NCBI GenBank assembly: GCA_033762295.1
Contig: JANRLW010000090.1
Coordinates: 35,813-99,812 of the forward strand
DNA from: Capsulimonadales bacterium
GTDB lineage: Bacteria; Armatimonadota; Armatimonadia; Armatimonadales; Armatimonadaceae
Length of the DNA: 64,000 nucleotides
Direction of reading: 5' to 3'
This document shows positions 37,119-47,796 of the stretch, in pieces. A program made the translations under genes and the position numbers. The stretch's first letter is position 1. Every line of letters starts with the position of its first letter. Below the pieces are notes generated by a model. It saw only the letters and a program-made list of their open reading frames with translations, made no database searches and was not told the origin of the DNA.

Positions 37119-38174
37119 ATGACCGATCTCACACCGAATAACCCGACCGCCGAAGCGGCCTTAACCACCGGAACCACGTCCCGACGCACCTATCCCGGCA
37201 TCGCTCCCGAAGCCTATCGTCACCCACTGGATCAGCAGGCGACCGCCGCGTTGAAAGCGGTGCCGGGTTTCGAATTTGCCGTCTCCAAACTCTCCCGATA
37301 CAGTATCGAGCATATTGTCTACGTCGAACTATGTGCGTCCGCCGTCAAGGTGACCCCCCGTCAATGTTCGCGGGTCTATGCTCTGCTGAAGGAGGCCTGC
37401 GGCATTCTCGGAGTGGCCGAACCGGCCCTCTTTTTACAGCAGACACCGATCGCCAATGCGTTCGCTCTGGGACGCGAACGACCGCTGATGATGCTGCAGA
37501 CCGGTCTGGTGGAGCTTTTGACGGAGGAGGAACTGCTCGGGGTCATCGCCCACGAACTCGGTCATATTCATTGCGGGCACTCGGTATACCGGCTGATGCT
37601 CCTGCTGATCGAACTGGCGACCCGGGCCGGGGGCGATTTCGGCGGTGTGGGGGATGTCCTTTCGATCGCGATACAGACGGCGCTGCTGGAATGGCAGCGC
37701 AAAGCCGAGTTCTCCGCCGACCGGGCGGCGATTCTGGTCACCCAGAATCCCGAGGCCGTCTTCTCCTCGCTCTTCAAATTGACCGGCGGTTCTCCGAAAA
37801 TATTCGAACAGATGGACCGTGAGGAGTATTTGAAACAGGCGGAGGAGTACGATCGGCCGGATACCAGTCGTCTGGATCGGTTCTACAAGGCGATGCTGGA
37901 AGCGGGAAAAACCCATCCGATCCCGGTACTGCGGGCGCGGGAGGTGCTGAAGTACGGTGACAGCGACGAGTATCGTGCGATTCTCTCCGGTCGTTATGCC
38001 AAGTATGACAAGGACGGTCGTTTGACGGCGGCCTGGGCGGACATTCCGGTGCGCTGTCCGAACTGCCAGCAGGAAGCCGACCCGGCCTTTTCGTTCTGCA
38101 CCGCCTGCGGGAACGACCTGGCGGAAGAGCGCCGCAGGGCGTCGGAAGCTAGGGACGGCAAGGAGAATCCATGA
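37119..38174 (+). CDS. M48-family zinc metallopeptidase with a C-terminal zinc ribbon
   Basis: NAFA, HELGH, AEFSADR, THP; CPNC..CTAC; TATAAT at 37067. Confidence 0.9.
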   Translation: MTDLTPNNPTAEAALTTGTTSRRTYPGIAPEAYRHPLDQQATAALKAVPGFEFAVSKLSRYSIEHIVYVELCASAVKVTPRQCSRVYALLKEACGILGVAEPALFLQQTPIANAFALGRERPLMMLQTGLVELLTEEELLGVIAHELGHIHCGHSVYRLMLLLIELATRAGGDFGGVGDVLSIAIQTALLEWQRKAEFSADRAAILVTQNPEAVFSSLFKLTGGSPKIFEQMDREEYLKQAEEYDRPDTSRLDRFYKAMLEAGKTHPIPVLRAREVLKYGDSDEYRAILSGRYAKYDKDGRLTAAWADIPVRCPNCQQEADPAFSFCTACGNDLAEERRRASEARDGKENP

Positions 38175-39067
38175 TCGAGACTCGCGAGCGGTTCTGCCCG
38201 CATTGCGGACGCGCGAATCCGGTGACGATGCCCCGCTGTATGAACTGCGGGCAGCGTGTCGGCGGCAGTCTCCTGCTGACCGAGGCCGAACCGACGACGG
38301 TACGTTCCGAGGAGATACCGTGGTGGCAGACCTCGGCTCAAAGCCCGATTCCGCCGCCGCCGCAGGTTCGGGAGCAGATCGCCCGGCAGGAGGCCGCTCA
38401 GCGAGAAAAGGCGCGGGTCGTCGAGGAGCAGCGACGTTTCCAGGAACGCCTGGAAGACGAGCGTCAGCGGTCGGCGGAACGACTGGCGACCATCCGGGAG
38501 CGACGACGGGAACGGGTCGAACGGGTCGAGGGGAAGCGGTCGCAGACCGAACCGGCGGTAGCGCCGGCCGTCGGTACGACCGTCGCGCACTGCCACAAAT
38601 GCCATGCGCCCCTGGGACAGGCCGGACATACGTTCTCGTTCTGTCTGCACTGTGGCGCGGATGTCCAGCCACGGGGAAGAACGACCGCCGCCGTGCCGAC
38701 AAAGCCGACCGCCACCGTTTTCGAGGAGCAAACCCGGGTACGGCCGGTGGTTCGCCATTCGACCCGGACTACGGAGACCGTCGGCGTGACCGCACGGGCG
38801 ACCGAAACCCAGCGGACGGATCTCAACCCGGTGATTCCGGCGGTTCTTTCGGCGGTTTGCCCCGGAATCGGCCAGTTTATCAACGGACAGCCGACCAAAG
38901 GAGTATTGTTGCTCCTGGCATTGTTCATTGCGATGGCCGTGTTTAACGTGCCCGCCATTTTCCTGATCATCGGGCGCGGGTTGGCTGCGGCGGATGCCTA
39001 TACGATCGCCCGCCGCCGGCGCGATGGCTGGCCGGTACGCGAGGATGAGTGGGATTTCGGCGGCTGA
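38171..39067 (+). CDS. Double zinc-ribbon, coiled-coil, C-terminal TM protein
   Basis: CPHC/CMNC, CHKC/CLHC, PGIGQFING..KG TM hairpin. Confidence 0.8.
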   Translation: MIETRERFCPHCGRANPVTMPRCMNCGQRVGGSLLLTEAEPTTVRSEEIPWWQTSAQSPIPPPPQVREQIARQEAAQREKARVVEEQRRFQERLEDERQRSAERLATIRERRRERVERVEGKRSQTEPAVAPAVGTTVAHCHKCHAPLGQAGHTFSFCLHCGADVQPRGRTTAAVPTKPTATVFEEQTRVRPVVRHSTRTTETVGVTARATETQRTDLNPVIPAVLSAVCPGIGQFINGQPTKGVLLLLALFIAMAVFNVPAIFLIIGRGLAAADAYTIARRRRDGWPVREDEWDFGG

Positions 39068-39086
39068 AAGAGGTCCGGTGTCTTCG

Positions 39087-40358
39087 ATGGAAAACGATGC
39101 GCTGATCGAGGTCGAGACGAAAGCGGCGGCGGCGCGGAATGCGTCCTCCGTTCTTGCCGGGATCGGGACCGCCGTCAAGAACGCCGCGTTAGTGGCGATC
39201 GCGGATTCGCTGGGGGATGCGCGGCACGAAATCCTGGAGGCCAACGGGCGCGACCTTTCGCTCGCCGCCGACAAAGGGGTGCCGCCTCATATGCGGGATC
39301 GGCTCGCTCTGAACGATAAACGGATCGCCGCCATGCAGGCGGCTCTGCGTCAACTGGTGTCCCTGCCCGATCCGGTCGGTGTCGTCCTTGGCGGGTGGCG
39401 TCGTCCGAACGGCCTGCGGATCTCCAAAGTGCGGGTTCCGCTCGGCGTTCTGGGGATCATCTACGAATCCCGTCCGAACGTGACCGTCGATGCCGCCTCC
39501 CTCTGCTTGAAAGCCGGAAACGCGGTCGTACTGCGCGGCGGGTCCGAAGCGATCTATTCGAATATCGCATTGAGCCGGACAATCGCCGCCGCCGCGGAAT
39601 CGGCCGGGATTCCTTCCGGCGCGATTGCGCTGATCGAGAACACGGATCGCGCCGCTGTCCGGCACCTGATGACTCTCTCCCGGTATATCGACTGCCTGAT
39701 CCCCCGGGGCGGAGCGTCGCTGATCGAAACCGTGGTGAAGAACGCGACCGTGCCGGTGATCGAGACCGGCACCGGCAACTGCCACGTCTACGTGCATGAG
39801 GACGCTGACCGCGAAATGGCGACCGCGATCGCGGTCAACGCCAAGTGTCAGCGTCCCTCGGTCTGTAACTCGATGGAGACGCTGCTCGTTCATCGGTCCC
39901 TGGCCGATGACTATCTTCCGTACCTCCTCGGCACCCTGCACGAAAAGGGCGTCGAGTTACGTGGCTGTCCGGTCACCGTCGAACGGGGTTACCGGGCCGA
40001 TGTTCCCGTCACTCCGGCAACCGACGAGGACTACTTTACCGAATTCAACGACCTCGTGCTGGCGGTTCGAGTCGTCGCCGATCTGTCGGAAGCAATCGCT
40101 CATATCCGACATTACGGGACTCGCCATAGCGAAGCCATCGTGACGCGCGATTACGAGGCGGGACAACGGTTCGTCGATGCGGTGGACGCGGCCGCGGTCT
40201 ATATCAACGCGTCCACCCGGTTTACGGACGGCGAGGAGTTCGGTTTCGGCGCGGAGATCGGAATTTCGAATCAGAAACTGCACGCTCGCGGGCCGATGGG
40301 TTTGGAGGAACTGACGACCTACAAATATGTGGTTCAGGGAAACGGACAGTTGCGTTAG
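39087..40358 (+). CDS. proA: Gamma-glutamyl phosphate reductase
   Basis: IYESRPNVT, LRGGSEA, PSVCNS, NASTRFTDG, KLHARGPMGL. Confidence 0.96.
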   Translation: MENDALIEVETKAAAARNASSVLAGIGTAVKNAALVAIADSLGDARHEILEANGRDLSLAADKGVPPHMRDRLALNDKRIAAMQAALRQLVSLPDPVGVVLGGWRRPNGLRISKVRVPLGVLGIIYESRPNVTVDAASLCLKAGNAVVLRGGSEAIYSNIALSRTIAAAAESAGIPSGAIALIENTDRAAVRHLMTLSRYIDCLIPRGGASLIETVVKNATVPVIETGTGNCHVYVHEDADREMATAIAVNAKCQRPSVCNSMETLLVHRSLADDYLPYLLGTLHEKGVELRGCPVTVERGYRADVPVTPATDEDYFTEFNDLVLAVRVVADLSEAIAHIRHYGTRHSEAIVTRDYEAGQRFVDAVDAAAVYINASTRFTDGEEFGFGAEIGISNQKLHARGPMGLEELTTYKYVVQGNGQLR

Positions 40359-40419
40359 GGCGAAACCGCGCCCCCGTTTCCGCTTGTCATGCAGGACCGG
40401 CGGAAACGGGGATGGGAGT

Positions 40420-40911
40420 TCAGGGGTTCGCGAAGTAAAACGTCGTACCGCCTTGTCGACCGTGTACGCGGATCGTACCGTCGGATGAGAACGACGTCCT
40501 CGTTCGCAGGCCGTTCGCCGCATTGACGGAGAAGAGCGTTTCCTGAAGACCTCCGTACATGTCGAAGATCGCCATGCCTTCGGTATCCATGCCATAGTAC
40601 GTGCTGCGCTGCCCGTCCGGACGATGCAGGATCAGGCTCGGGACATTCTGCCAGGTGTCCAGCTGCAGGCGGTTGACATTATTCCGGTCGTAAAGGACCA
40701 GACCCGGTTCCCGATTTTCGTCGGTGCGCAGATGCGCTCGCAGATTACCCTGGTCGTCCACCAGGCGGATTTCGCGCGCGGTGAGGACGCCGTCAGAACC
40801 GGACGGGCAGCGGTGTCCGTAGATCATCAGGAAGCGGACGGAGAGGTCGATCGCGGTCAGGGCAACGGCGGTGAACACGATGATTTTTGTCTGGCTGTTC
40901 ATCTTGACCAT
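40420..40911 (-). CDS. Hypothetical membrane-anchored beta-rich protein
   Basis: N-terminal TM; repeated strands LVDDQGNLR / LYDRNNVNR. Confidence 0.65.
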   Translation of the reverse strand: MVKMNSQTKIIVFTAVALTAIDLSVRFLMIYGHRCPSGSDGVLTAREIRLVDDQGNLRAHLRTDENREPGLVLYDRNNVNRLQLDTWQNVPSLILHRPDGQRSTYYGMDTEGMAIFDMYGGLQETLFSVNAANGLRTRTSFSSDGTIRVHGRQGGTTFYFANP

Positions 40912-41072
40912 GTGCAAACCCTCGCTTTCAGTGTGAAGCATTGTCGAGGACGCGGCCGGTGGCAACGAGATTCGGTGGACCGCGCTCAATGTATAGACTA
41001 GACTATACCGCATGACGTTTCCGTGAGCGCATTTTCCCGTTGCTGTACGAAAAAATCCGGTTCGAAACGCCG

Positions 41073-41978
41073 ATGGAACTGCATCAGTTAGAGGCTTTTG
41101 AAGCGGTGGTCCTTCACCGCTCGTTTACGCGGGCCGCGGATGCTCTCTGCCTGACCCAACCCGCCGTCACGCGTCAGATCGCCGCGCTGGAAACGGAACT
41201 TCGGACCCGGCTGTTCGACCGCCTGGGGCGCAGCGTCCGACTGACGGCTTCCGGGGAGGTGCTCCATCGTTACGCCGAACCGGTGCTTCGCCTGGTTCGG
41301 GAAGCGCGCGACGCCGTGACCGACACCGAAGCGGGAACCGGCGGACGGTTGACGGTCGGAGCCAGCAGCACCCTGGCGACCTACGTTCTTCCCCCGCTGT
41401 TGCGCCGCTTCCGGGAGACGTATCCCCTGGTGGAGATCGGAATCAGCACCGGGGTTTCGGCGCATATCCTGGAAATGGTCCGGGAGGGATCGGCCGACGT
41501 CGGATTGATCACCACCGAAGCGGGACCGCCCGGTCCGGGACTGGTGGTCACGCTGCTGACCGATTACGAAACCGGGGTGGTCGTGCCGCCCGTGCATCCG
41601 CTGGCGGGACGGGAGCGGGTGAGCGCGGCCGAACTCGGTCCGTATCCGCTGATTCTGATGGAATCCGGGACGAACCTGCGGGCGTTCGCCGATGGAATAC
41701 TGGAATCGGGCGGCGTTCGCGGCCAGATCGCCATGGAACTGGATAACGTCGAAGCGATCAAACGGATGATCGAATCGGGCCTGGGAATCTCGTTGCTGCC
41801 GACGGTAGCCGTGCGCGCGGAGGTGGTGTCGGAGCGACTGGTGGCGCTACCCCTGGCCGAAGCGCCGCGCGGACAGCGTCGGATCGCCCTGGTCTACCGA
41901 CGGGACAAATATCTTTCCGGGCCGCTACAGGCGTTTCTGGAGCGCATCCGTCAGGACGTGGGGGCGGGGCGGATCTGA
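41073..41978 (+). CDS. LysR-family transcriptional regulator
   Basis: SFTRAADALCLTQPAVTRQIAALE; GLGISLLP. Confidence 0.93.
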   Translation: MELHQLEAFEAVVLHRSFTRAADALCLTQPAVTRQIAALETELRTRLFDRLGRSVRLTASGEVLHRYAEPVLRLVREARDAVTDTEAGTGGRLTVGASSTLATYVLPPLLRRFRETYPLVEIGISTGVSAHILEMVREGSADVGLITTEAGPPGPGLVVTLLTDYETGVVVPPVHPLAGRERVSAAELGPYPLILMESGTNLRAFADGILESGGVRGQIAMELDNVEAIKRMIESGLGISLLPTVAVRAEVVSERLVALPLAEAPRGQRRIALVYRRDKYLSGPLQAFLERIRQDVGAGRI

Positions 41979-42021
41979 ACCCGCCCCAGTCCGGGTGCGA
42001 ACCGGGGAGCGGGCAGTGGCG

Positions 42022-43203
42022 TCAGATCAGTCCGATTTTCCTTCCGGCCGTTTCAAACGCAGCGAGGGCTTCGTCGAAGTCGGCGCGTGTGTGCGCGGCG
42101 GTCGGCATGGTGCGGACACGCGCCTTGCCGCGGGCGACCGTCGGGAAAACGACCGCCAGGGCAATGACACCCGCCGCCCGAAGCTCCTTCTGCAACGCCT
42201 GGGTCTTCTCCTCGTCGCCGATCATGACCGGCGTGATCGGCGTCTCGGTGACGCCGGTGTCGAACCCCAGGCGGCGCAGCCCTTCCTGCCAGTAGCGGGT
42301 GTTTTCCCAGAGCCGTTCGGTGAGGGAGGCATCAGCCTCCATGATGTCGATGGCCTGAAGGCAGGCGGCGGCGACCGCGGGCGGCGCGCCGGTCGAAAAC
42401 AGAAACGGACGCGCCCGCTGGGTCAGGAAATCCCTGAGCGGCGCGGACCCGGCGATATATCCGCCGACGACACCGACCGCCTTACTCAGCGTCCCGAGCT
42501 GGATATCCACCCGGTCCTTGACGCCGAAATGGTACGCGGTGCCACGGCCGTTCTTGCCCATGACGCCGGAACCGTGGGCGTCATCGACCATGACGGCCGC
42601 GCCGTGCCGCTCGGCCAGATCACAGATCCGGTCTAGCGGCGCGACATCGCCATCCATCGAGAAGACACCATCGGTGATGATCAGCCGTTTTTTGGCGTCC
42701 CGGGTCGCCTTTAAGGCATCTTCGAGAGCGTCCATATCCTTGTGCTTGAACGCGACCCGTTTCGCTTTGGACAGTCGGCAGCCGTCGATGATCGACGCGT
42801 GGTTCAGTTCGTCGGAAAGAATCGCGTCGTCACCGTCCATCAGGGTCGGAATCGTTCCGGCGTTGGCGGTGAACCCCGACTGAAAGACCAGGACCGCTTC
42901 GACGCCTTTGAACGCCGCAAGGCGCGCTTCCAGATCGTCGTGCAGTTTCAGGTTGCCGATGATCGGGCGCACCGCACCCGCGCCAGCCCCGAACTCGATC
43001 GCGGCGCGCGCGGCGGCCTCACGGAGCCGTCCGTCTCCGGCAAGGCCGAGATAGTTGTTGGACGAGAGATTGATCATCTCCCGACCATCGACGGTGACCC
43101 GCGCGCCCGGCGCGGAGGTGACCGTCAGCAACGGTTTGTAGAGATGCTGCTCCTTCAGTCCGGCAATCTGCTCGGAAAGAAAACGTTGCAGGGTATCGTT
43201 CAT
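42022..43203 (-). CDS. kbl: Glycine C-acetyltransferase / AON-synthase-family PLP enzyme
   Basis: SSNNYLGL, DELNHASIIDG, TDGVFSMDGD, DDAHG, TLSKA, RPFLFST. Confidence 0.85.
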   Translation of the reverse strand: MNDTLQRFLSEQIAGLKEQHLYKPLLTVTSAPGARVTVDGREMINLSSNNYLGLAGDGRLREAAARAAIEFGAGAGAVRPIIGNLKLHDDLEARLAAFKGVEAVLVFQSGFTANAGTIPTLMDGDDAILSDELNHASIIDGCRLSKAKRVAFKHKDMDALEDALKATRDAKKRLIITDGVFSMDGDVAPLDRICDLAERHGAAVMVDDAHGSGVMGKNGRGTAYHFGVKDRVDIQLGTLSKAVGVVGGYIAGSAPLRDFLTQRARPFLFSTGAPPAVAAACLQAIDIMEADASLTERLWENTRYWQEGLRRLGFDTGVTETPITPVMIGDEEKTQALQKELRAAGVIALAVVFPTVARGKARVRTMPTAAHTRADFDEALAAFETAGRKIGLI

Positions 43204-43227
43204 GATTTTCGGCTTTCCATGTTTGCC

Positions 43228-45792
43228 TCAGGCAAAGGTGAGGACGGCAGTCTCTCCGGCGGCGACGGTTACGCCCCAGTGGGCCGAGGCGGCGTGCGCA
43301 CCCGTGCCGATCCGCACCGTGTCGACGCGCAGGGAGCCTTCGATCAGGCGAACTTCCAGCGACGTCTCCGTCAGATGCAGGGTACCGTATCCGGAATCGG
43401 TCGAAAAGAACATTCGGAAATCCGCGGTCGAAACGACGGGCGCAATCGTCAGCGCGCCGGTGACCGCCGAGTACCGGAAGCCGGACAACGCGCCGAGAAG
43501 GCCGTAGCTCGCCATCGCGCGGGCGTAGTAGTTGCCGCACTCGTATTCATTGTACGGGTTCCTGACACGCCCGTCGTACCGTTGCCGCGCCGCGCGAACG
43601 ATCGTCAAGCCCTCCTCGACGAGCCCTTCGAGGATCATGTGAACGGCGACCTGGTATTCGATGCCGGTCCAGACTTCGTCGGAATAGACGAACGGCAGGG
43701 TGGGCTTGCCGCCGCGCGGCCAGGAGCAGAGCAGCAGACCGGGTTCCGAGCCGAGGGCGTATCCCGGCCGCTGAAGGCAGGCGTGCTCGCTCAGGTCGGC
43801 CTTAAAGTTGTAGGCGAACAGCGACCGGAGGTGACTTTGGACGTTCTCCTTCGAGAGGGGCGTTTCGATGCCGTACAGCGTCGCCATCCACTCGCCGATC
43901 ACGCCGTCGGCAAGGCAACCGGTACCGTACTGATACTTTGGCCCCTCCTGCTTCAGCAGCATCGCCATCTCGTCCGCCGTGCCGTCGTCCGGAATCGCCG
44001 CGACCTCCCGGGCGAAGGACGTATCGCGAAGTCCCTCCCACTGAACCTTCTGGATGTAGTACTCGCCGTTAAACAGTTCGGTATCGAGGAAGCTCGCGCC
44101 GTTTTTCGCCAGTTCCTCGTATCCGGCGGCATCCGAATCCTTGCCGAGGGCGCGCGCCATGGCGGCGGTGGCGCAGAGCGCGCCGATATAGACGGTCGAG
44201 CACATGCCGTCCGGCCCCCAGAACTCGATATCGTAGGTGTTATGGTGCGGTTCGAAGAGCGCGCCGCGCTTCTCCGGGTCCCAGATCAGGATACAGTAGT
44301 CCATGCTCCGTTTGGCGAGAGGGTAAAGACGGGCCAGCCATTCGGAATCGCCGCTGATCTGCCAGTCGCGGTAGAGCTTCAGAAGACCGCCGAGTTGCCC
44401 GTCCGCGGCGGCATGGAAATCGTGCGACGTCGGCGCGTCGGGCAGGGCGGCGCGGAAGTTCACATGGCCGCGTCCGTCGATCGAGCGCAGGTACTCCTGT
44501 TCGCGCAGGGTCCGCTCCAGTTTCGGGAAGAGGTGCGGGAACGCCTGGGCATAGTTCCAGACATGCGTACAGGTGCCGTGGCAGCAGCCGCTACCGGCGA
44601 AACAGCCTTCCCAGCCCCAGAGGTTGCCGTTCGCCTGGCGAAGGACCGTCGGCGATTTCAGGATGGCAAGATTGGCGGAGATGGCATCGAGCGCCTCGGC
44701 CGGGAGAGTGGACGAGAACAGAGCGTCCTTGAACGCCGTCGTCCGCTGCCGGAGCGAATCGACGTTATCCAGAACGTAGCTTGCGACGTCGGCGGCATCC
44801 TGCCATTTCGTGGCGTAGAACGGTTTCCAGACCTTCGCGATATGGTCGCCGACCACGCCGACGCTCTGGTGGCAGTTCGGGAAATGCCAGGCCAGAACCA
44901 CGGTATAGGTCGCGGACGCCCCCGGTTCCAGCGTGCCCCGGACGAGAACCGAGCCGCCGTTCCGGCCCCACGGACTCTTCCGGCTGACGCTGCCGTCGTT
45001 CTCGCGGAAGGAACCGGTGGAGACATCGCGCCAGAGAGCGGACAGAGAGTCGAACCAGCCGCCGCGGAACCACATCGCCTTGATGGCGGGGTCCGCACCG
45101 GAGATGAACAGGGCTGCGCTGCCGAAATCGGCGCTGTCCGCCTCTTCAATATTGGAGAACAGAACGCCCTTGCCCGGAACCGCCGCGTTGCGCGTTCCCT
45201 TCTCGCCGGTCTGTTTCCCCTGGACCGGGTGGACCTGATGGCAGGAGAATTCAAACTCGACGGATCGTTCCGACGTGTTGACGAACGTATAGTCAAGGAT
45301 CGCCGCCGGGATTCCGGAGTGGACGTCATCGCCGGGAATGAACGGACTCCATCCGGTGAGCGTGACCGCGAGCGGCAGATCGGCGTCGGACAGGCGGACG
45401 GTGCCGAACGGGTACTGCCCTTCGAAGACGCACTCCGTGAACCGGGGCATGCCTTCATGACCGCCCTTGCGGTATCCCTGACCCTGCAAACCCTGATCGT
45501 ATATCTTCTCCGGCGGCAACGGTCCTTCTACCAGACGGGTTACCGGCTTTTCGCCTTTGATATGAAGCAACGCGAAGGCGGCGTCGGTATTGAAGTGTCC
45601 GTCGGGCATGGCGGTAATGGCGGGGACATTGCGGATCGAAAAATCCTGGAGTCCGCCGTAGCCGTTGAGGCAGATGCAACCCGCGCCGATCCCGCCGAGC
45701 GGCATCGCGATCTGAAGCAGATTCAACCCGGAGTAGGTTCGCGCGGCGGCAGAGGTCGGCGCGGAGGAGATCACAGACGAAAGAGGAGGCAT
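43228..45792 (-). CDS. GH116-family glycoside hydrolase
   Basis: MPLGGIGAG, WGWEG, AADGQ, NTYD, EVWTGIEY, ECGNYYAR. Confidence 0.88.
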   Translation of the reverse strand: MPPLSSVISSAPTSAAARTYSGLNLLQIAMPLGGIGAGCICLNGYGGLQDFSIRNVPAITAMPDGHFNTDAAFALLHIKGEKPVTRLVEGPLPPEKIYDQGLQGQGYRKGGHEGMPRFTECVFEGQYPFGTVRLSDADLPLAVTLTGWSPFIPGDDVHSGIPAAILDYTFVNTSERSVEFEFSCHQVHPVQGKQTGEKGTRNAAVPGKGVLFSNIEEADSADFGSAALFISGADPAIKAMWFRGGWFDSLSALWRDVSTGSFRENDGSVSRKSPWGRNGGSVLVRGTLEPGASATYTVVLAWHFPNCHQSVGVVGDHIAKVWKPFYATKWQDAADVASYVLDNVDSLRQRTTAFKDALFSSTLPAEALDAISANLAILKSPTVLRQANGNLWGWEGCFAGSGCCHGTCTHVWNYAQAFPHLFPKLERTLREQEYLRSIDGRGHVNFRAALPDAPTSHDFHAAADGQLGGLLKLYRDWQISGDSEWLARLYPLAKRSMDYCILIWDPEKRGALFEPHHNTYDIEFWGPDGMCSTVYIGALCATAAMARALGKDSDAAGYEELAKNGASFLDTELFNGEYYIQKVQWEGLRDTSFAREVAAIPDDGTADEMAMLLKQEGPKYQYGTGCLADGVIGEWMATLYGIETPLSKENVQSHLRSLFAYNFKADLSEHACLQRPGYALGSEPGLLLCSWPRGGKPTLPFVYSDEVWTGIEYQVAVHMILEGLVEEGLTIVRAARQRYDGRVRNPYNEYECGNYYARAMASYGLLGALSGFRYSAVTGALTIAPVVSTADFRMFFSTDSGYGTLHLTETSLEVRLIEGSLRVDTVRIGTGAHAASAHWGVTVAAGETAVLTFA

Positions 45793-45857
45793 CAGGGAAG
45801 ATCCTTATCCGAACGATCAAGAGATGTCGGAGTTTGGTTCGCTGACGCAACCGGGCG

Positions 45858-45881
45858 TTCCTCCCGGCGGACCGGGAGGAA
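45858..45881. terminator. Hairpin, possible terminator
   Basis: TTCCTCCCGG-cgga-CCGGGAGGAA. Confidence 0.45.
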
Positions 45882-45966
45882 AACCACAAAACCATGCTTT
45901 TACCGTCGGCGGGTAGAGGTACGGGCCCCAATTCCCAACGCATTGTCGCACAAATATCGCCTGTTT

Positions 45967-47781
45967 TTACAGCGAGCGGAGAAAGGCGACCAGGTCGGCG
46001 GTCTCCTGCGGAGTGCAGTCGGGTTTACCGGTCAGTTGGGAGGGACGATGCTCTCGGGTGACGACCTCTTCCAGGGTCTTTGCGCGACCGTCGTGCAGGT
46101 AAGGCGGGCGGCGGTAGACACCGCGCAGACCGGGCGGATTGAAGCCTTTATAGGCGTCTCCGGGCATTCCAGTGCCGATCTCAACGACCTGCGCCCCGGT
46201 ATAGAGCGGGGCCGTATGACAGGAGACACACCCCTTCGCGCCGAAGACGGTTTCACCGCGTTTCGCGGACGCCGTCAGAGCGCCGTCCGGGGAGCGATTC
46301 GGGTTTCGGCGCGGCTGCACGGTTTTCAGGTACGCGAAGACGGCTTCGATCTCGTCGGGTTCGGGGTCCCGTCCCTGCATCGTCGTGGTAAAGCTGTCCC
46401 GGATCAGTTTTCGCAGGTCCGTGCGCCAGCCATGCCAGGTCCAGGGAGCGGTATCGGTCACACCGGCCAGCGTCGGCGTGCGTTTCAGGGTGCCGAGGGA
46501 GCCGTCGTTAAAGGTATCGACCAGTGCGCCGTTCTCGGTCCCTTCGACGTGACAGCTGCCGCAGGAGTACCAGTTGCCGAAGGAGCGGGTGGCATCGGTG
46601 AACAGGGCTTCGCCGCGTCGGGCGAGGGAGGGGGTCTTCGGGCCGCCGAGGGGGATGGCGCGAACCACGGAACCGGTCGCGGTATCGACTACCTGAACGG
46701 CGTTCCGCAGGTAGTTCGCGACGAGCAGCGTTTTACCATCGGGCGCAAAGGTAATTCCGAGCGGTCGCCCACCGACTTTGATCCGTCGAAACCGGTCCGC
46801 GTCCGCCAGCAGTGCCGGATCGAGGTGGTCGCCCGGCCCGCCGTACGAAACGAACGGCAGGTCGGGGAGACGCATAGACAGGATTTCATGGGTTCCGGCG
46901 GCGGTCAGAGCCAGCCGTTTGCCGTCCGGAGAAAGGGCAATGCCGTCAACATCCCCGACGGCGTCGCTGCGAATATCGAGGGTGATCGCCTCACGCGGCC
47001 CCGGAGCGTTCAGAGGAATCCGGGTCAGACGGTTCCCGACCACCCAGCCACGGTCGATATTTTCGCGTGTCACGCCCTGTCCGCGTTCGGAAATATTCGG
47101 GAAATAGGCCCATTCGCCGTCCGGACTGATGGCGATATGCCGGAGGTTACGGCCCAGAACCTTGATGCCGAATCGTTCCTGGCCGGTGGCGGTATCGATC
47201 ACGGTCACGGTGCGCCCACGAGAATTGCCGACGGCGAGCCGGGTTCCGTCCGGTGTCAACGCCAGATGCCAGGGTTCCTGACCGACCGGAAGACGGCGTG
47301 TGACGATGCCTTTCGCGACGTCAATCTGCGCGACGGCGTCCGCCGACGCCAGGGCGACAAACGCGGTCGTGCCGTTGGGGTGCCAGGCGACGCCGCGCGG
47401 TTCCGGGCCGACGGAAAAGGTGCGGGTGACCGTCAGCGTATCGCCGTCCGGAGACAGGACGGTGACGCTGTCCGCATCGCGATTGGTGACGAGCGCGGAG
47501 CGACCGTCGCGGGAAACGGCGATCCCGAACGGACGCTTCCCGACCGGGACGGTCGACAGAACCGTGCCCTGCTCCCAGTCGACGAGCGAAGCGGTGTCGG
47601 CCGTGTGGTTCAGGACAATCACTCGGGGGCGACCCGGCACGAGAGCCAGGTCGATCGGCGACGGGTCGACGTCGCTTGCGACCGGCGCGGCGGAGGCGGC
47701 GACAAACCGGCCGACCGGCAGGACGGACGGAGCGGCGCAAAGCAGCAGTAGCGGAAGGGCGAGCAGTCCGAATGGTTTCAT
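45967..47781 (-). CDS. Secreted YVTN beta-propeller fused to a di-heme cytochrome c peroxidase-like domain
   Basis: Signal peptide; VGxxP..SPDG repeats; CGSCH and CVSCH; PYLHDGRAKTLEEV. Confidence 0.88.
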   Translation of the reverse strand: MKPFGLLALPLLLLCAAPSVLPVGRFVAASAAPVASDVDPSPIDLALVPGRPRVIVLNHTADTASLVDWEQGTVLSTVPVGKRPFGIAVSRDGRSALVTNRDADSVTVLSPDGDTLTVTRTFSVGPEPRGVAWHPNGTTAFVALASADAVAQIDVAKGIVTRRLPVGQEPWHLALTPDGTRLAVGNSRGRTVTVIDTATGQERFGIKVLGRNLRHIAISPDGEWAYFPNISERGQGVTRENIDRGWVVGNRLTRIPLNAPGPREAITLDIRSDAVGDVDGIALSPDGKRLALTAAGTHEILSMRLPDLPFVSYGGPGDHLDPALLADADRFRRIKVGGRPLGITFAPDGKTLLVANYLRNAVQVVDTATGSVVRAIPLGGPKTPSLARRGEALFTDATRSFGNWYSCGSCHVEGTENGALVDTFNDGSLGTLKRTPTLAGVTDTAPWTWHGWRTDLRKLIRDSFTTTMQGRDPEPDEIEAVFAYLKTVQPRRNPNRSPDGALTASAKRGETVFGAKGCVSCHTAPLYTGAQVVEIGTGMPGDAYKGFNPPGLRGVYRRPPYLHDGRAKTLEEVVTREHRPSQLTGKPDCTPQETADLVAFLRSL

Positions 47782-47796
47782 GCGCGGAGCGGTTTC

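Noticed and set aside
42742..47751. 1669-aa plus-strand ORF
   Set aside because: It is an antisense shadow of kbl, GH116 and the di-heme gene. It has no motifs, and long stop-free antisense frames are common in high-GC DNA.
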